From contig CBDCJO010000002.1 in NCBI GenBank assembly GCA_965217865.1, positions 4,576,001 through 4,640,000 of the forward strand: a DNA stretch of 64,000 nt. The letters run 5' to 3'. The notes under the pieces are model-generated. The model did no database searches, was not told the DNA's origin, and was given only the letters and a program-made list of their open reading frames with translations. The position numbers and the translations under genes were made by a program. This document shows, piece by piece, positions 1-10,053 of the stretch (positions are counted from its first letter, which is position 1; each line of letters opens with the position of its first letter). Source of the stretch: Candidatus Latescibacterota bacterium. GTDB taxonomy: Bacteria > Latescibacterota > UBA2968 > SICM01.

Positions 1-242
1 CGTGAGACGTGAGACGGGAAAGGCCCTTCCGCCCCTCCTGAATACAGAATACAGGAGATAGAATACAGAAGAAGACTAAAAAAAAACGAGGGGTCAGAGG
101 CCAGAGGTCAGGGAAAAGACAAACCGTGAAACGTGAAACGGGGAAGGTGAGTAGCAGTAGCAGTAGCAGTGGAAGTGGCAGGAAAGGCAAAAGCAGGGGT
201 CGGGGATGTGGGATGGTAAAAAATGAAGTCGAAGCCCGTATG

Positions 243-268
243 GTAGGAGCCGTCTCCTGGCGGCGAAT
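243..268 (+). repeat. REP-like short palindrome (GTAG-type)
   Basis: GTAGGA-GCCG-tctcctgg-CGGC-GAAT: GTAG head followed by a short GC stem, intergenic. Confidence 0.4.
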
Positions 269-278
269 ATGAGAAAGA

Positions 279-346
279 ACGTGAAGCGTATCTCGCGAAG
301 CGGAAATCCAAGACCATCCTGGGCTACTGCGAGATGCGCTTCATGT
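279..346. repeat. Dispersed palindromic element, copy 1 (copy 2 at 32249-32319)
   Basis: Arms ACGTGAAGCGTATCTCGC (279-296) and GCGAGATGCGCTTCATGT (329-346); the same arms recur at 32249 and 32303. Confidence 0.7.
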
Positions 347-365
347 TTTACCATCACATTGGCCA

Positions 366-1496
366 TTGAAGAATACTTGTGACGTTGCGATTATCGGGGG
401 TGGTGCCGCGGGATGCGCGGTTGCGTATTATCTCGCGAAGGCAGGCGTACGGGCGACGATCGTTGAGCGGGAAGGTGTGGGCCTCCAGGCATCCGGATAT
501 TCCGCGGGAGGTCTTCATCCGCTGCAGGGCGCGGGCATCCCAGGTTCCATGGGTCCGATGGCGATCGCATCGTTTCGGATGCATCTGGATTTGTGGGATC
601 AGCTCAAGGCGGAGTCGGACCTGGATTTCAAGCCCGAACGAATCGCAAGGGTGGAGGTGGCCTTCGAAGATTCGGACCTGCCGAATCTTGAAGAGACTCT
701 GAAGGTGTGCGAGTCGACCGATGGATTTTCCGCCCGCTGGATGGATGATCGCGAGCTGCGCGACCTGGAGCCCAGGCTGTCCCCGCGGGTCATCCGGGGG
801 CTCCATACCTTCGGAGACGCAGCCCTCAACAGTCTGGACTACACGGTCGCACTTTCAAGAGCGGCGGAAGGGCTCGGGACGGTGATCCGAAAAGGGATCG
901 TGAACGGGCTGAAAAAGTCGGACGCTTATGTTACGGGTCTCACCCTGGAGGACGGCGAGCTTTTATGCGATCGGGTGGTGGTGGCTGCGGGACCCTGGTC
1001 CGCGCGGGCTGGGGGGTGGCTGGCCATTCCCATACCTGTATCTCCCCAGAAGGGGGAGATTCTTCGAATGGAGGTTCCGGGGGGCCCGCTCCCGTGTGAT
1101 TTTTCATCCCCTGCCATCAACCTGTTCCGCAGGCCGGACGGTCTGGCGTGGATCGGAGCCACCGAAGAGCTTCGGGGATTCGACACCAGTCCCAGCGCGT
1201 GGGCCCGGCAGTTCCTTCTGGATAGGGCGACCCGTCTCGTGCCTGCAATGGCCGATGCCAGGCTGGTGAAGCATACGGCCTGTCTTCGACCCCTTACTTC
1301 CGACCGGATGCCGATCATCGGGAAGGCCCCGGGATGGGAAAACGTCTACCTGGCCACGGGTGCGGGAAAGAAGGGGATCCTGATCAGCCCGGGAATGGGG
1401 AAGGCCATCGCGGACCTGATAACCACAGGGGAGACGCGTATCCCGATCGAGCCCTTCTCTCCCGATCGCTTCAGGGGTGTCGATAGCGTCAGTTAA
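366..1496 (+). CDS. FAD-dependent oxidoreductase, glycine oxidase (ThiO/DAO) family
   Basis: N-terminal IIGGGAAG Rossmann motif, ASGYSAG, LRP..DRMPIIG, C-terminal FSPDRF; TTG start. Confidence 0.85.
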   Translation: MKNTCDVAIIGGGAAGCAVAYYLAKAGVRATIVEREGVGLQASGYSAGGLHPLQGAGIPGSMGPMAIASFRMHLDLWDQLKAESDLDFKPERIARVEVAFEDSDLPNLEETLKVCESTDGFSARWMDDRELRDLEPRLSPRVIRGLHTFGDAALNSLDYTVALSRAAEGLGTVIRKGIVNGLKKSDAYVTGLTLEDGELLCDRVVVAAGPWSARAGGWLAIPIPVSPQKGEILRMEVPGGPLPCDFSSPAINLFRRPDGLAWIGATEELRGFDTSPSAWARQFLLDRATRLVPAMADARLVKHTACLRPLTSDRMPIIGKAPGWENVYLATGAGKKGILISPGMGKAIADLITTGETRIPIEPFSPDRFRGVDSVS

Positions 1497-1528
1497 CGAA
1501 CCCGAAAAACTTAAATAGATCCGGGGCT

Positions 1529-2332
1529 TCAGGTTCCGGTGCTTTGATATCGCTTCAAGCCGGCCTTCCACAGCAATACGGCGATGGAAAACATGCTCAA
1601 TCCCACAATGGGACCCATAAACTGGATGTAGGGATGAAAAAGGAGAATATCGTTCTTCTGGAGGAAATATTGCGCGGGATAGAAATTGATGAAGGCATAG
1701 GGAATGATGAATGTCAGGATGAATTGGATAAACTTGGGGTAGATCGAAATCGGGTACTGCACGAAATCCCGCATCCCCCAGATGAAGAAGCCCACGAAGG
1801 ACTCGGCCCTCACCAGCCAAAAGCTGGCAACGGAGGTATAGACAATAAACGATACCTGAATCATCCAGGCCGAGAGAATCGCGACAAGAAGCCAGAGCCA
1901 TGAAAAAAAGGTAAATGAGATCGAGAGGTTGCTCAAAGCGAACCCGATCACCGTAGAGCTGATCAGGATATGCGCAAAATGTCCGTATCTGAACCGCTTA
2001 ATGATGAAGTAGAGAGAAACACTCATCGGGCGAATTAGAAACTCATCGAACTCCCCGGATTGCACATATTCCCCCAAGCGCATGAATGAGCTCCAGGTAC
2101 AGAGGGCCGCCATTCCGTATGCGAGCATATTCATACCCAGAAGCAAGAGTACTTCATAAGCCCTCCAGTTTCCGATATGCTCAAAACGATCGATGACAAC
2201 CCATACGACAAACATTTCGCCCCCGTACAAGAATATCATGCCGATAATGCCCACGAAAAAAGCCGCCCGATATTCAGCCAGGTGTTGTGCCCACAAACTG
2301 CCAAACCGGAAGAACATGGTGATGCTGTGCAT
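1529..2332 (-). CDS. ABC-2 family transporter permease (DUF990/ABC2_membrane_6), intact duplicate
   Basis: 267 aa hydrophobic protein, EYRAAF, GEFDEFLIRP, YPISIYP, C-terminal RYQSTG. Confidence 0.88.
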   Translation of the reverse strand: MHSITMFFRFGSLWAQHLAEYRAAFFVGIIGMIFLYGGEMFVVWVVIDRFEHIGNWRAYEVLLLLGMNMLAYGMAALCTWSSFMRLGEYVQSGEFDEFLIRPMSVSLYFIIKRFRYGHFAHILISSTVIGFALSNLSISFTFFSWLWLLVAILSAWMIQVSFIVYTSVASFWLVRAESFVGFFIWGMRDFVQYPISIYPKFIQFILTFIIPYAFINFYPAQYFLQKNDILLFHPYIQFMGPIVGLSMFSIAVLLWKAGLKRYQSTGT

Positions 2333-2479
2333 CCCTTATCCTCCTTGCACAACCGTTTTTCGTATGGTCTTCGACCAGACGAATCGTTCGACAAGAACCC
2401 TTTCTGCAATCCACGCCAAAAGGGGTGTCGATGGCGTCAGTTAACGAACCCGAAAAAATTAAAGGTGAAATCCATGCCT

Positions 2480-3252
2480 TCAGGTGCCGGTGCTTTGATA
2501 TCGCTTCAAGCCGGCCTTCCACAGCAGCACGGCGATGGAAAACATGCTCAATCCCACAATGGGACCCATAAACTGGATATATGGATGGAACAGAAGAACA
2601 TCGTTCTTCTGAAGGCATAGGGAATGATGAATGTCAGGATGAATTGGATAAACTTGGGATATATCGAAATCGGGTACTGCACGAAGTTGCGCATCCCCCA
2701 GACGAAGAAGCTCACGAAGGACTCCGCCCTCACCAGCCAAAAGCTCGCAACGGCGGTATAGACAATAAACGATACCTGAATCATCGAGGCCGAGAGAATC
2801 GCGACAAGAAGCCAGAACCATTTAAAAAGCGTAAACGAGATCGAGAGGTTGCTCAGAGCGAATCCGATCACCGTGGAGCTGATCAGGATATGTGCAAGAT
2901 GTCCGTATCTGAACCGCTTAATGATGAAGTAGAGAGAAACACTCATCGGGCGAATCAGAAACTCATCGAACTCGCCGGATTGGACATATTCCCCCAACCG
3001 CGAGAATGAGCTCCAGGTAAAGAGGCCCGCCATCCCGTATGCGAGCATATTCATACCAAGAAGCAACAGCACTTCATAGGCCCTCCAGTTTCCGATATGC
3101 TCAAAACGATCGATGACAATCCAGACGACGAACATTTCGCCCCCGAACAGGAATATCATACCGATAGTTCCCACGAAAAAAGCCGCCCGATATTCAGCCA
3201 GGTGTTGTGCCCATAGACTGGCAAACCGGAAGAACATGGTGATGCTGTGCAT
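2480..3252 (-). pseudogene. ABC-2 permease duplicate, frameshifted by a 31-bp deletion near 2610
   Basis: Relative to copy 1 lacks GAGGAAATATTGCGCGGGATAGAAATTGATG; the C-terminus KRYQSTGT is in another frame (ORF 2480..2821). Confidence 0.85.
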
Positions 3253-3255
3253 TCC

Positions 3256-4047
3256 CTATCCTCCTTGCACAACCGTTTTTCTTATCGCTTTCGACCAGAC
3301 GAATCGCTCGATAAGAACCATTCCCGCAATCCACGCAAGCTGCAGAAGGCATAGAGATGGCAGATCCTCCACGGGGACTTTTCCGAGGTAAACGGCTGCG
3401 GGCAAGAAATAAAGAAACTGATACGGAAGCCATTGGGCTATGGTATTGATGTAGGCCGGAAAGAACCAGAGCGGGACGATTCGCCCCGCAAAGATCGTAC
3501 TGAAGATTGTATTCAGGGAGTTGGGATGTGCAGCGGATATAACCCAGAACACTGTCGTCCCAAGCGTGAACTGAATGTAGTAATTCAAAACGACGGCTCC
3601 CAAGGTCATGAACACGAACCCGATACCGTGAGCGGTGCTGGCAGGGGATTTCATTCCGAACAGGAATATGCTCAAAATCAAAATAGGTGTCAGGCCCGTA
3701 AGGATCTCTCCAATCGATTTGCCTATGTTCTCCGCAAACTTAGCTGATTTATACGATACCGGACGGATCAGTTTCATGCCGATATCCCCGTATCGCACGT
3801 CCCTTTCTATGGCATAGATGAAGCCTGCCCGTGTGAACGCATCGACGATGCGCACGACCAGCACATAGGTGATCATTTCGGGCAGATTGATCCCGGCCAC
3901 ATCTCCCTTCCCGGCATAGAGTGCTTTCCAGATCGAAATCTGAATCAGGATCAGAAAGAACCCGCTCAGGAAGGCGAATAACCAGTTCGCGCGGTAGGCC
4001 ATGGACTGTTGGAGCTGGCGTTTTGTCAGCTCAACGAAGTAACGCAT
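3256..4047 (-). CDS. ABC-2 family transporter permease (partner subunit)
   Basis: MAYRANW, GDIGMKLIRP, PLWFFP, C-terminal VVQGG typical of the first DUF990 permease. Confidence 0.88.
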   Translation of the reverse strand: MRYFVELTKRQLQQSMAYRANWLFAFLSGFFLILIQISIWKALYAGKGDVAGINLPEMITYVLVVRIVDAFTRAGFIYAIERDVRYGDIGMKLIRPVSYKSAKFAENIGKSIGEILTGLTPILILSIFLFGMKSPASTAHGIGFVFMTLGAVVLNYYIQFTLGTTVFWVISAAHPNSLNTIFSTIFAGRIVPLWFFPAYINTIAQWLPYQFLYFLPAAVYLGKVPVEDLPSLCLLQLAWIAGMVLIERFVWSKAIRKTVVQGG

Positions 4048-4065
4048 TTCTGCTTTTTCCTTAGA

Positions 4066-5124
4066 TCAACGGCTGCTTTTGAACGTTCCGGGCATCCACG
4101 CGGACTCCTGCTCGACAAACTCCTGATCGCTCCCACGCGAGATGCCCGTCTTTTCATAGATATTCCGAACGATCTCTTCAACGCTGGTTTCCCGAAAGGT
4201 CAGGTCCCGGATCTGATGTGTCCCCACGATTTTCTGAATGACCCCGACGATCGAGACCTGATTGCGGTTGAATTCGATCCATTTTATCGATCCCTCTTCT
4301 TTAGTCACCTGCGATCCTTCCGGGGGGCTGAATTGATCCGGTTCTGACTCGAATTCTACTGTCAGCGTGACTTTCCCTCCAAAACGGTTCTTGATATCCT
4401 CCAGATCACCGTCCCAGATGATCCTTCCCCGATCGATCATGAGAAGCCGTCTGCACACCTGTTCGACATCGTTCATGTCGTGTGTCGTGAGGATGATCGT
4501 CACGCGCAAGTCTTTGTTCACCGACCGTAGGAACCGTCGGATTCGCTCCTTGGCGACGACATCCAATCCGATAGTCGGCTCGTCGAGGTAAACGATGTCC
4601 GGACCGTGGAGAAAGGCCCCTGCCAGTTCACACCGCATCTTCTGGCCGAGACTGAGCTGGCGCACGGGCCGATCCATGAACGACTCCATTTCGAGGAGTT
4701 CGACGAACATATCCAGGTTCTTCTTAAAGAGATCCTCCGGCACCCGGTAGAGATGCCGCGCGAGATGGAAAGATTCTATCGCGGGGATGTCCCACATCAG
4801 CTGCGTGCGCTGACCGAACACCACGCCCATCCGCCTGGCATTTTCCACCCGTTCTTTCCATGGAATCCTGCCTCTGACCGTTACCGTTCCCGAGGTCGGG
4901 ACCAGGATGCCGGTGAGGACTTTCAGGGTGGTCGATTTGCCTGCGCCGTTCGGACCCACATATCCGATCAGTTCCCCCTCCTCGATCGTAAAATCGACCC
5001 CATCCAGGGCCTTGACGATCGAACGCTGCCGATCGAAAAGGTCCCGAAGGGCACCGGTCAACCCCCTGCGATGTTTATACACCTCGTAATTCTTGACCAG
5101 GTCCTTCACTTCAATTAAGGCCAT
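4066..5124 (-). CDS. ABC transporter ATP-binding protein
   Basis: Walker A GPNGAGKST, signature LSLGQKMR, Walker B YLDEPT, H-loop TTH. Confidence 0.95.
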   Translation of the reverse strand: MALIEVKDLVKNYEVYKHRRGLTGALRDLFDRQRSIVKALDGVDFTIEEGELIGYVGPNGAGKSTTLKVLTGILVPTSGTVTVRGRIPWKERVENARRMGVVFGQRTQLMWDIPAIESFHLARHLYRVPEDLFKKNLDMFVELLEMESFMDRPVRQLSLGQKMRCELAGAFLHGPDIVYLDEPTIGLDVVAKERIRRFLRSVNKDLRVTIILTTHDMNDVEQVCRRLLMIDRGRIIWDGDLEDIKNRFGGKVTLTVEFESEPDQFSPPEGSQVTKEEGSIKWIEFNRNQVSIVGVIQKIVGTHQIRDLTFRETSVEEIVRNIYEKTGISRGSDQEFVEQESAWMPGTFKSSR

Positions 5125-5199
5125 CTGTTTCTCCGTGGTTTTTCGCGGCGCAGGAAAGATTGGCTTACCGGCCGGGCAAGATAAAAATCCGGTTTATCC

Positions 5200-6123
5200 T
5201 TAGGCGGGACGCGTTCGCGAAGTTCCGAATACTTCTTCCAGCTTCACCCGCACTTCATCGAGCAGACCCGCATCGGGCGGGGGATAGGGGGGGCCCATCC
5301 GGTTGTTCGGATAGAGTCCCTGGAGCTGTACGGCGGATTTCAGGACGCAATGCCAGTTTCGATCGATCGCCCACTGCATCCAGGGTTCTTCATAGCGGAA
5401 GACCATCTGCCAGGCCCCGTCGATGTCCCCTTTGATCAGGATTTCGTAAAACTGAAGGGGGATATCGGGCCGAAATGGGGCGATCGGACACAGATAAGCC
5501 GGAGATCCGATCTGGTATCCGAATACGAAGTTACGCATCTGGCCCCCGGAGATCACACCGAATTGCTGCTCTCGGGTCGCCCTTATCAGGTCGTAATAGT
5601 CCTTGAAGGCGTCTCCATCGTTCTTCATCCCGACGATGTTTTGACGCTCTGCCAGCCGAGAAACGACCTCCGGGTGGAACGGGGGTTCCCGGGTGCTCCA
5701 GAGCAACAGGGGAATATCGCTGCCACCTTCGATCTGATCAAAGTATCTCTCCATCATCTCCCGGGTCCGGGGAAATCCGGTGTGGATCTGGACCTTGACG
5801 GCATCGGCCCCGACGGCGTCTGCGTGCTTCAGAAAATCCCTGGCTTTAGCGGGTTTCCAGAAGGCGGTGGAGGCGATAAAGAGAGAGCGGCCCGCGTTTG
5901 CTTCAGCGACCGAAGCGGTCACGTCCCAGAGCTCTTCATCACTCATGCAGTAAAATTCACTGCTTCCGTAAGTCAGGAGGAGGACAGGCACCTTCTCGAC
6001 ACATAACCAGTCGACATAATTCCGAACTGCAGAATGGTTTATGGTTCCGTCGTCGTTGAAACAGATGTTTAGGGGGACCACAGGTCCCTTCATGCGGGAA
6101 AGGACGTTTTCAGATCTGGTCAT
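5200..6123 (-). CDS. Dihydrodipicolinate synthase (DapA)-family aldolase/lyase
   Basis: F..DGTIN, GSSEF, Schiff-base Lys in VGMKND; start set at MTRSENV (6123) because the longer ORF runs through a heptamer repeat. Confidence 0.85.
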   Translation of the reverse strand: MTRSENVLSRMKGPVVPLNICFNDDGTINHSAVRNYVDWLCVEKVPVLLLTYGSSEFYCMSDEELWDVTASVAEANAGRSLFIASTAFWKPAKARDFLKHADAVGADAVKVQIHTGFPRTREMMERYFDQIEGGSDIPLLLWSTREPPFHPEVVSRLAERQNIVGMKNDGDAFKDYYDLIRATREQQFGVISGGQMRNFVFGYQIGSPAYLCPIAPFRPDIPLQFYEILIKGDIDGAWQMVFRYEEPWMQWAIDRNWHCVLKSAVQLQGLYPNNRMGPPYPPPDAGLLDEVRVKLEEVFGTSRTRPA

Positions 6124-6520
6124 AAAGGGCTCCAAAGGGAAAGGTGAAATCCAGAGGTCAGAGGTCGGGGGAAATTGAAGATCGAAAATTGAAGATTGAA
6201 GATTGAAGATCCTCCTAGTTTTTGGTGGAGAGCGAGGTTCTGTGAGGCGACGCATCAGCGGGCCAACGGTCCGCGATCCGAGCGTCAGGGAGCGTTTTCG
6301 ATCTTTTGTGCTGAACACTAGATGAATCAGGATACGGGACAGGGATTAGGGGATGTGAAATTATCGCGGCCCTTCAGGCCGCAAGATGCTATTGCTTTCC
6401 AAGGACCCAGGGCGGTGCCCTGGGTTGAGGGACATCGCGCCGTTGGCGCTGGAGAAGAATCGATCAAATTTAGCGGTTTGCGGGCCCCCGGTCCAAGCCT
6501 TTTGTGATAAAAAAAGTTGC

Positions 6521-6549
6521 TTGACTTTAGGGGGTCAAGATCATATCTT
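6521..6549 (+). promoter_or_regulatory. sigma70-type promoter
   Basis: TTGACT-17 bp-TATCTT with an A-tract upstream. Confidence 0.6.
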
Positions 6550-6555
6550 GTCCGG

Positions 6556-6750
6556 ATAAATTTATCGAATATCGTGGGCAAAGGCAGGGGAAAAGGTGAA
6601 ACCGATTCGTCTCGAGTCCAGCAATCCCGGAGTGCGGCACGGAGGGTTGGATGCTGCTAAGGAGGCCCCCAACAGGGGATCGCCCGGCGGATTTTGTGTT
6701 TTTCCATGGATTTCGGAGCCCGCCATTGAGTCCACGGCGGGTTTTTTTTT
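6556..6750 (+). ncRNA. Candidate orphan small RNA (~195 nt), family unassigned
   Basis: Bounded by the promoter and a strong intrinsic terminator; no RBS-led ORF; 5' and 3' ends can pair. Confidence 0.4.
6718..6750 (+). terminator. Rho-independent terminator
   Basis: GCCCGCC-attgagtccac-GGCGGGT stem followed by a T-run (T9 at 6742-6750). Confidence 0.8.
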
Positions 6751-6924
6751 AGCGAACTGTTGAGTAGGGAAGTGTGGGCCTGATGATCTCCTTCCGCATC
6801 TCCGTACTTCCAACGTATATCGGTAGGGAGGAGGGACAGGATGTCCCGAAGGGATAAAAAAATTCCGCAATAATGCGATTCTTCGTTTATTGCGGAATCG
6901 AATTGGGTTCATACCCAACGCGTT

Positions 6925-7506
6925 TTACACCAGGTCACAGGCCTCGGCCGGCATCCAATGGGCGTCCTTTCCGTCCCATTTGACATTACAGCCGAGGGGA
7001 TTGGTCACCGGGTGGCTCACGGGGGCACCCGAAAGGTGCTCCTTCAGGGTGTTGTCGAGATCATTGACGGAAATCTTATCCGATTCCTTCGGATTATCCA
7101 CCCCTCGACCGGTGTAGATGAGTTTTCGATCCACGTCGAATACGAAAAAATGCGGCGTTCTGAGTGCCCCGTAGGCCAGGGCGACTTCCTGAGTCTTGTC
7201 GTGAAGGTAGAGCCAAGGAAAATGGTGGGTCCTCATCCGCTCGACCATATGCCCAAAGCTGTCGTTTGGGTGGGTGTTTTCGCTGTTGGAATTGATCATC
7301 ACAAATTTAACACCCTGTGGGAGGAACTGCTCGACGGTTTTTCGGGTGCCTTCGTCCGATCCGATGACATACGGACAGTGGTTGCAGGTGAATGAAACGA
7401 CCAGGACCCTGGAATCGTCGAAATCGGATAATTTGTAGCTCCTGCCGTCCGTCGCAGGCAGGTCGAAATCGGGTGCCTTCTCTCCGACATGCAATGTAAA
7501 CGCCAT
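6925..7506 (-). CDS. Thioredoxin-fold protein (AhpC/TSA, PRX-like1 type)
   Basis: [33 protein letters not shown]; RBS AAAGGAG. Confidence 0.9.
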   Translation of the reverse strand: MAFTLHVGEKAPDFDLPATDGRSYKLSDFDDSRVLVVSFTCNHCPYVIGSDEGTRKTVEQFLPQGVKFVMINSNSENTHPNDSFGHMVERMRTHHFPWLYLHDKTQEVALAYGALRTPHFFVFDVDRKLIYTGRGVDNPKESDKISVNDLDNTLKEHLSGAPVSHPVTNPLGCNVKWDGKDAHWMPAEACDLV

Positions 7507-7646
7507 GATCGACTCCTTTGAAGATTGTAGACTGAAGATTAATGATTTAGGTAATTAGCAGATTAAGGCTTGACTTTCAGTCCCTTTTTGGTTATATTAA
7601 GTGTAATGAAAACAATTAACTTAACCAAAAAAAGGGAGATAGGAAA

Positions 7647-8531
7647 ATGAACTTGTTGACGGCGATTGAAAAGTTCCCGACGCAGGAATCATGCATTGAG
7701 CATCTTGAGCGGGTAAGGTTCAGAGATGATCCGTTTTGTCCGCTGTGTGGGGCGGTTGGTGAGTGTGCCAGAAAGAAAGAGGGAACTCTTGTGGGGCGTT
7801 GGAACTGCCATGCCTGCGGGTCCAGCTTCAACGTTCTTTCGGGGACAATGTTTCAGGGTACGCATCTTCCGCTCCAGAAGTGGTTTATGGCAATCGCCTT
7901 GATCATCAACGCCAAGAAGAGCCTGTCCAGCTGCCAGCTTGCCCGGGACCTGAACCTTAACCAACGATCTGCATGGTATGTGCAACAGCGGATTCGCGCC
8001 GAGATGGCGACGAGGCAGGGGAAGATATTATTGCGAGGGATCGTCGAGGCAGACGAGACCTACGTTGGAGGCAAGCCACGGAAACGGAACAAGCGGTCAG
8101 GCGGTGGCAGCGCTCCCAGGGGGCGCGGAACCCGCAAGACTCCGGTTATAGGAGCCGTTGAGCGTGGAGGGAAGGTAGTTGCCCGTGTGGCGGACGATCT
8201 GTCTGGTAAGGGGGTTCTGGCCTTCGTCAAGCAGGCGATAGACCCTTCGGAAGAATCTGTGCTTATTACGGACGAATTCAGTTCCTACAGCGCAGTAAGG
8301 CAAATCATGAGTCATGCGGTGATCCACCACGCCAGGCATTACGCGGACGGTGATATACACACCAACACGATCGAAGGCGTGTGGTCCCTGCTCAAGAGAG
8401 CGTGGTACGGTTCACATCATCACTACACGAAGCGTTATACGCCGCTCTACGTGGCCGAAGCCTGCTACAAATACAACAACCGAAAAAACAAGCGGACGTT
8501 TGATACGTTCATGAAAGGGTGCTTCGCATAG
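7647..8531 (+). CDS. IS1595-family transposase A (intact)
   Basis: N-terminal Zn finger CPLC..CHAC, HTH, catalytic VEADET / LITDE / TNTIEGVW (ISXO2-like). Confidence 0.95.
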   Translation: MNLLTAIEKFPTQESCIEHLERVRFRDDPFCPLCGAVGECARKKEGTLVGRWNCHACGSSFNVLSGTMFQGTHLPLQKWFMAIALIINAKKSLSSCQLARDLNLNQRSAWYVQQRIRAEMATRQGKILLRGIVEADETYVGGKPRKRNKRSGGGSAPRGRGTRKTPVIGAVERGGKVVARVADDLSGKGVLAFVKQAIDPSEESVLITDEFSSYSAVRQIMSHAVIHHARHYADGDIHTNTIEGVWSLLKRAWYGSHHHYTKRYTPLYVAEACYKYNNRKNKRTFDTFMKGCFA

Positions 8532-8616
8532 CTTAAATTTGGAGGTTAAGTCAATGACCAATATTGAAATAATCAACAAGACGAAGACACAGGACCCGTC
8601 CATCAAAAATATTGGG

Positions 8617-8814
8617 TCAAACGTCTTCGTCACAATCGTTGATCGTCACGACAAGAGCCTGAGTTCCAATTATGATCGAGATCTCCGATCCGTCGGAAAT
8701 CAGGTTCATTGAAACAACACCATATTCCCCACAATAGATCGAGATTCGGCATGGCTTCGAGGACTCGCTTTTCAATCTTAAAACTGATCCTGGTTCGGCA
8801 TTGAAAGATGCCAT
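8617..8814 (-). CDS. Small hypothetical cargo protein of element A (65 aa)
   Basis: ATG with GGAG RBS directly downstream of the HExxH gene, same strand. Confidence 0.4.
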   Translation of the reverse strand: MASFNAEPGSVLRLKSESSKPCRISIYCGEYGVVSMNLISDGSEISIIIGTQALVVTINDCDEDV

Positions 8815-10053
8815 TTGGGTCTCCAGTAGACGCCCCCGCGTACATTTTTACCTCATTCCATCTGTGCCTGTTAATGCCGGTTTACTTGCTGGGTAGTATC
8901 CGAAGCGCCCGGCAATCTCCGCCACGTATTTTTGCCACATGGACGGCGTCCTTAGATACCAGCCATGAAGGTACGTCCCAAAATCCTGATTCTGGTTCCA
9001 TGAAACCGGTCCTTGAATATTCAGATAGCGGACAGCGTTCCACGCCTCCGGGTTGGTCTCGAAAATATCAATCAGATTGTGGGCGATCATATCGTTGGAT
9101 CTTCGGAGGTAAGGATTTTCCGATAATCCGGGAAGTCGCGCCTCAAACCACGCCCTGAATTGTGCCGCATCCATTCTCTGGCCGGGGATATTTTGTTCTG
9201 CATAGGGCAGGAGACGATTCATCATAGAATGAAGATACCATGTCGTGTTTTGGCTTGGAACATATACGTTGAGAACAGCGCCTGCCAAGATCTTCTCATG
9301 TATCTTCCTCAAAACGTACAATGAGGCCATACTTGATAGAGATTCATCAAACCATTTATTCGGTCCGCTTCGCACCTGATAATAGTTACTCATCAAGTGA
9401 CCATATTCATGGGCGAACTGAAAGACGTTTTGCTCGACATTAGTATTTTCCGTGTCTAACCAGATCACGTAAGAACCGGTTGGGGTGCGTGAGTATAGAA
9501 CTTTCGGACCCTCCGGTTCGACATGCCGAACGACTATATCAGAATCGAGAGCATAAATCAGTGGTTCTGACAAGGTTTTCTGAACACTCTTACAGACCGC
9601 TTGAACAAGTTCAACTGGTTGGCGCCATCCTCCAGGTTCGACGGTGATCGATGGCAATAACTTGGGACGAGTACGAGTGGGAGGAGATCCATCTCTATAA
9701 ACCGTTTCAATGATTGGCGCTGAAGGAGTAACAAGAACCGTTGTGTCTCTTACTACAAAGGTATCCAGAACCACATTATCGACGAACGTTGTATCTCTTA
9801 CCAGAAGGGTATCCAGAACCACACGATCGACGATCGTTGTATCTCTTACTACAACGGTATCAACTTCAACGGATTCAGGGTCGAAGATCTCCCCGCCCGA
9901 CTTTCCGAAATTGGAAGAAAATATGAAGAAGTCTTCAAGGTTTACCTCGCCGTTACCGTCCAGATCGCCGATCAGCCTTTCCTGAGCCGTTGCGGCCGCA
10001 AGCCATGTAACTACAAAAAAAACAGGGATTGCGTAGTTCGGGGCTTATAGGGC

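Larger units (their letters stand above)
1473..3336. repeat. Diverged tandem duplication (~0.92-0.95 kb unit: 1473-2420 and 2421-3336)
   Basis: Both units begin AGGGGTGTCGAT(a/g)GCGTCAGTTAACGAACCCG and end ...GCAATCCACGC; each contains the same ABC-2 permease gene with many substitutions. Confidence 0.92.

Noticed and set aside
6562-6918. 118-aa minus-strand ORF
   Set aside because: No RBS or recognisable motif, and it crosses the terminator hairpin; likely spurious.
9735-9865. Three ~42-bp direct repeats resembling a mini-CRISPR
   Set aside because: They are in-frame coding repeats (DTxxVRDTT) with no unique spacers and no cas genes.
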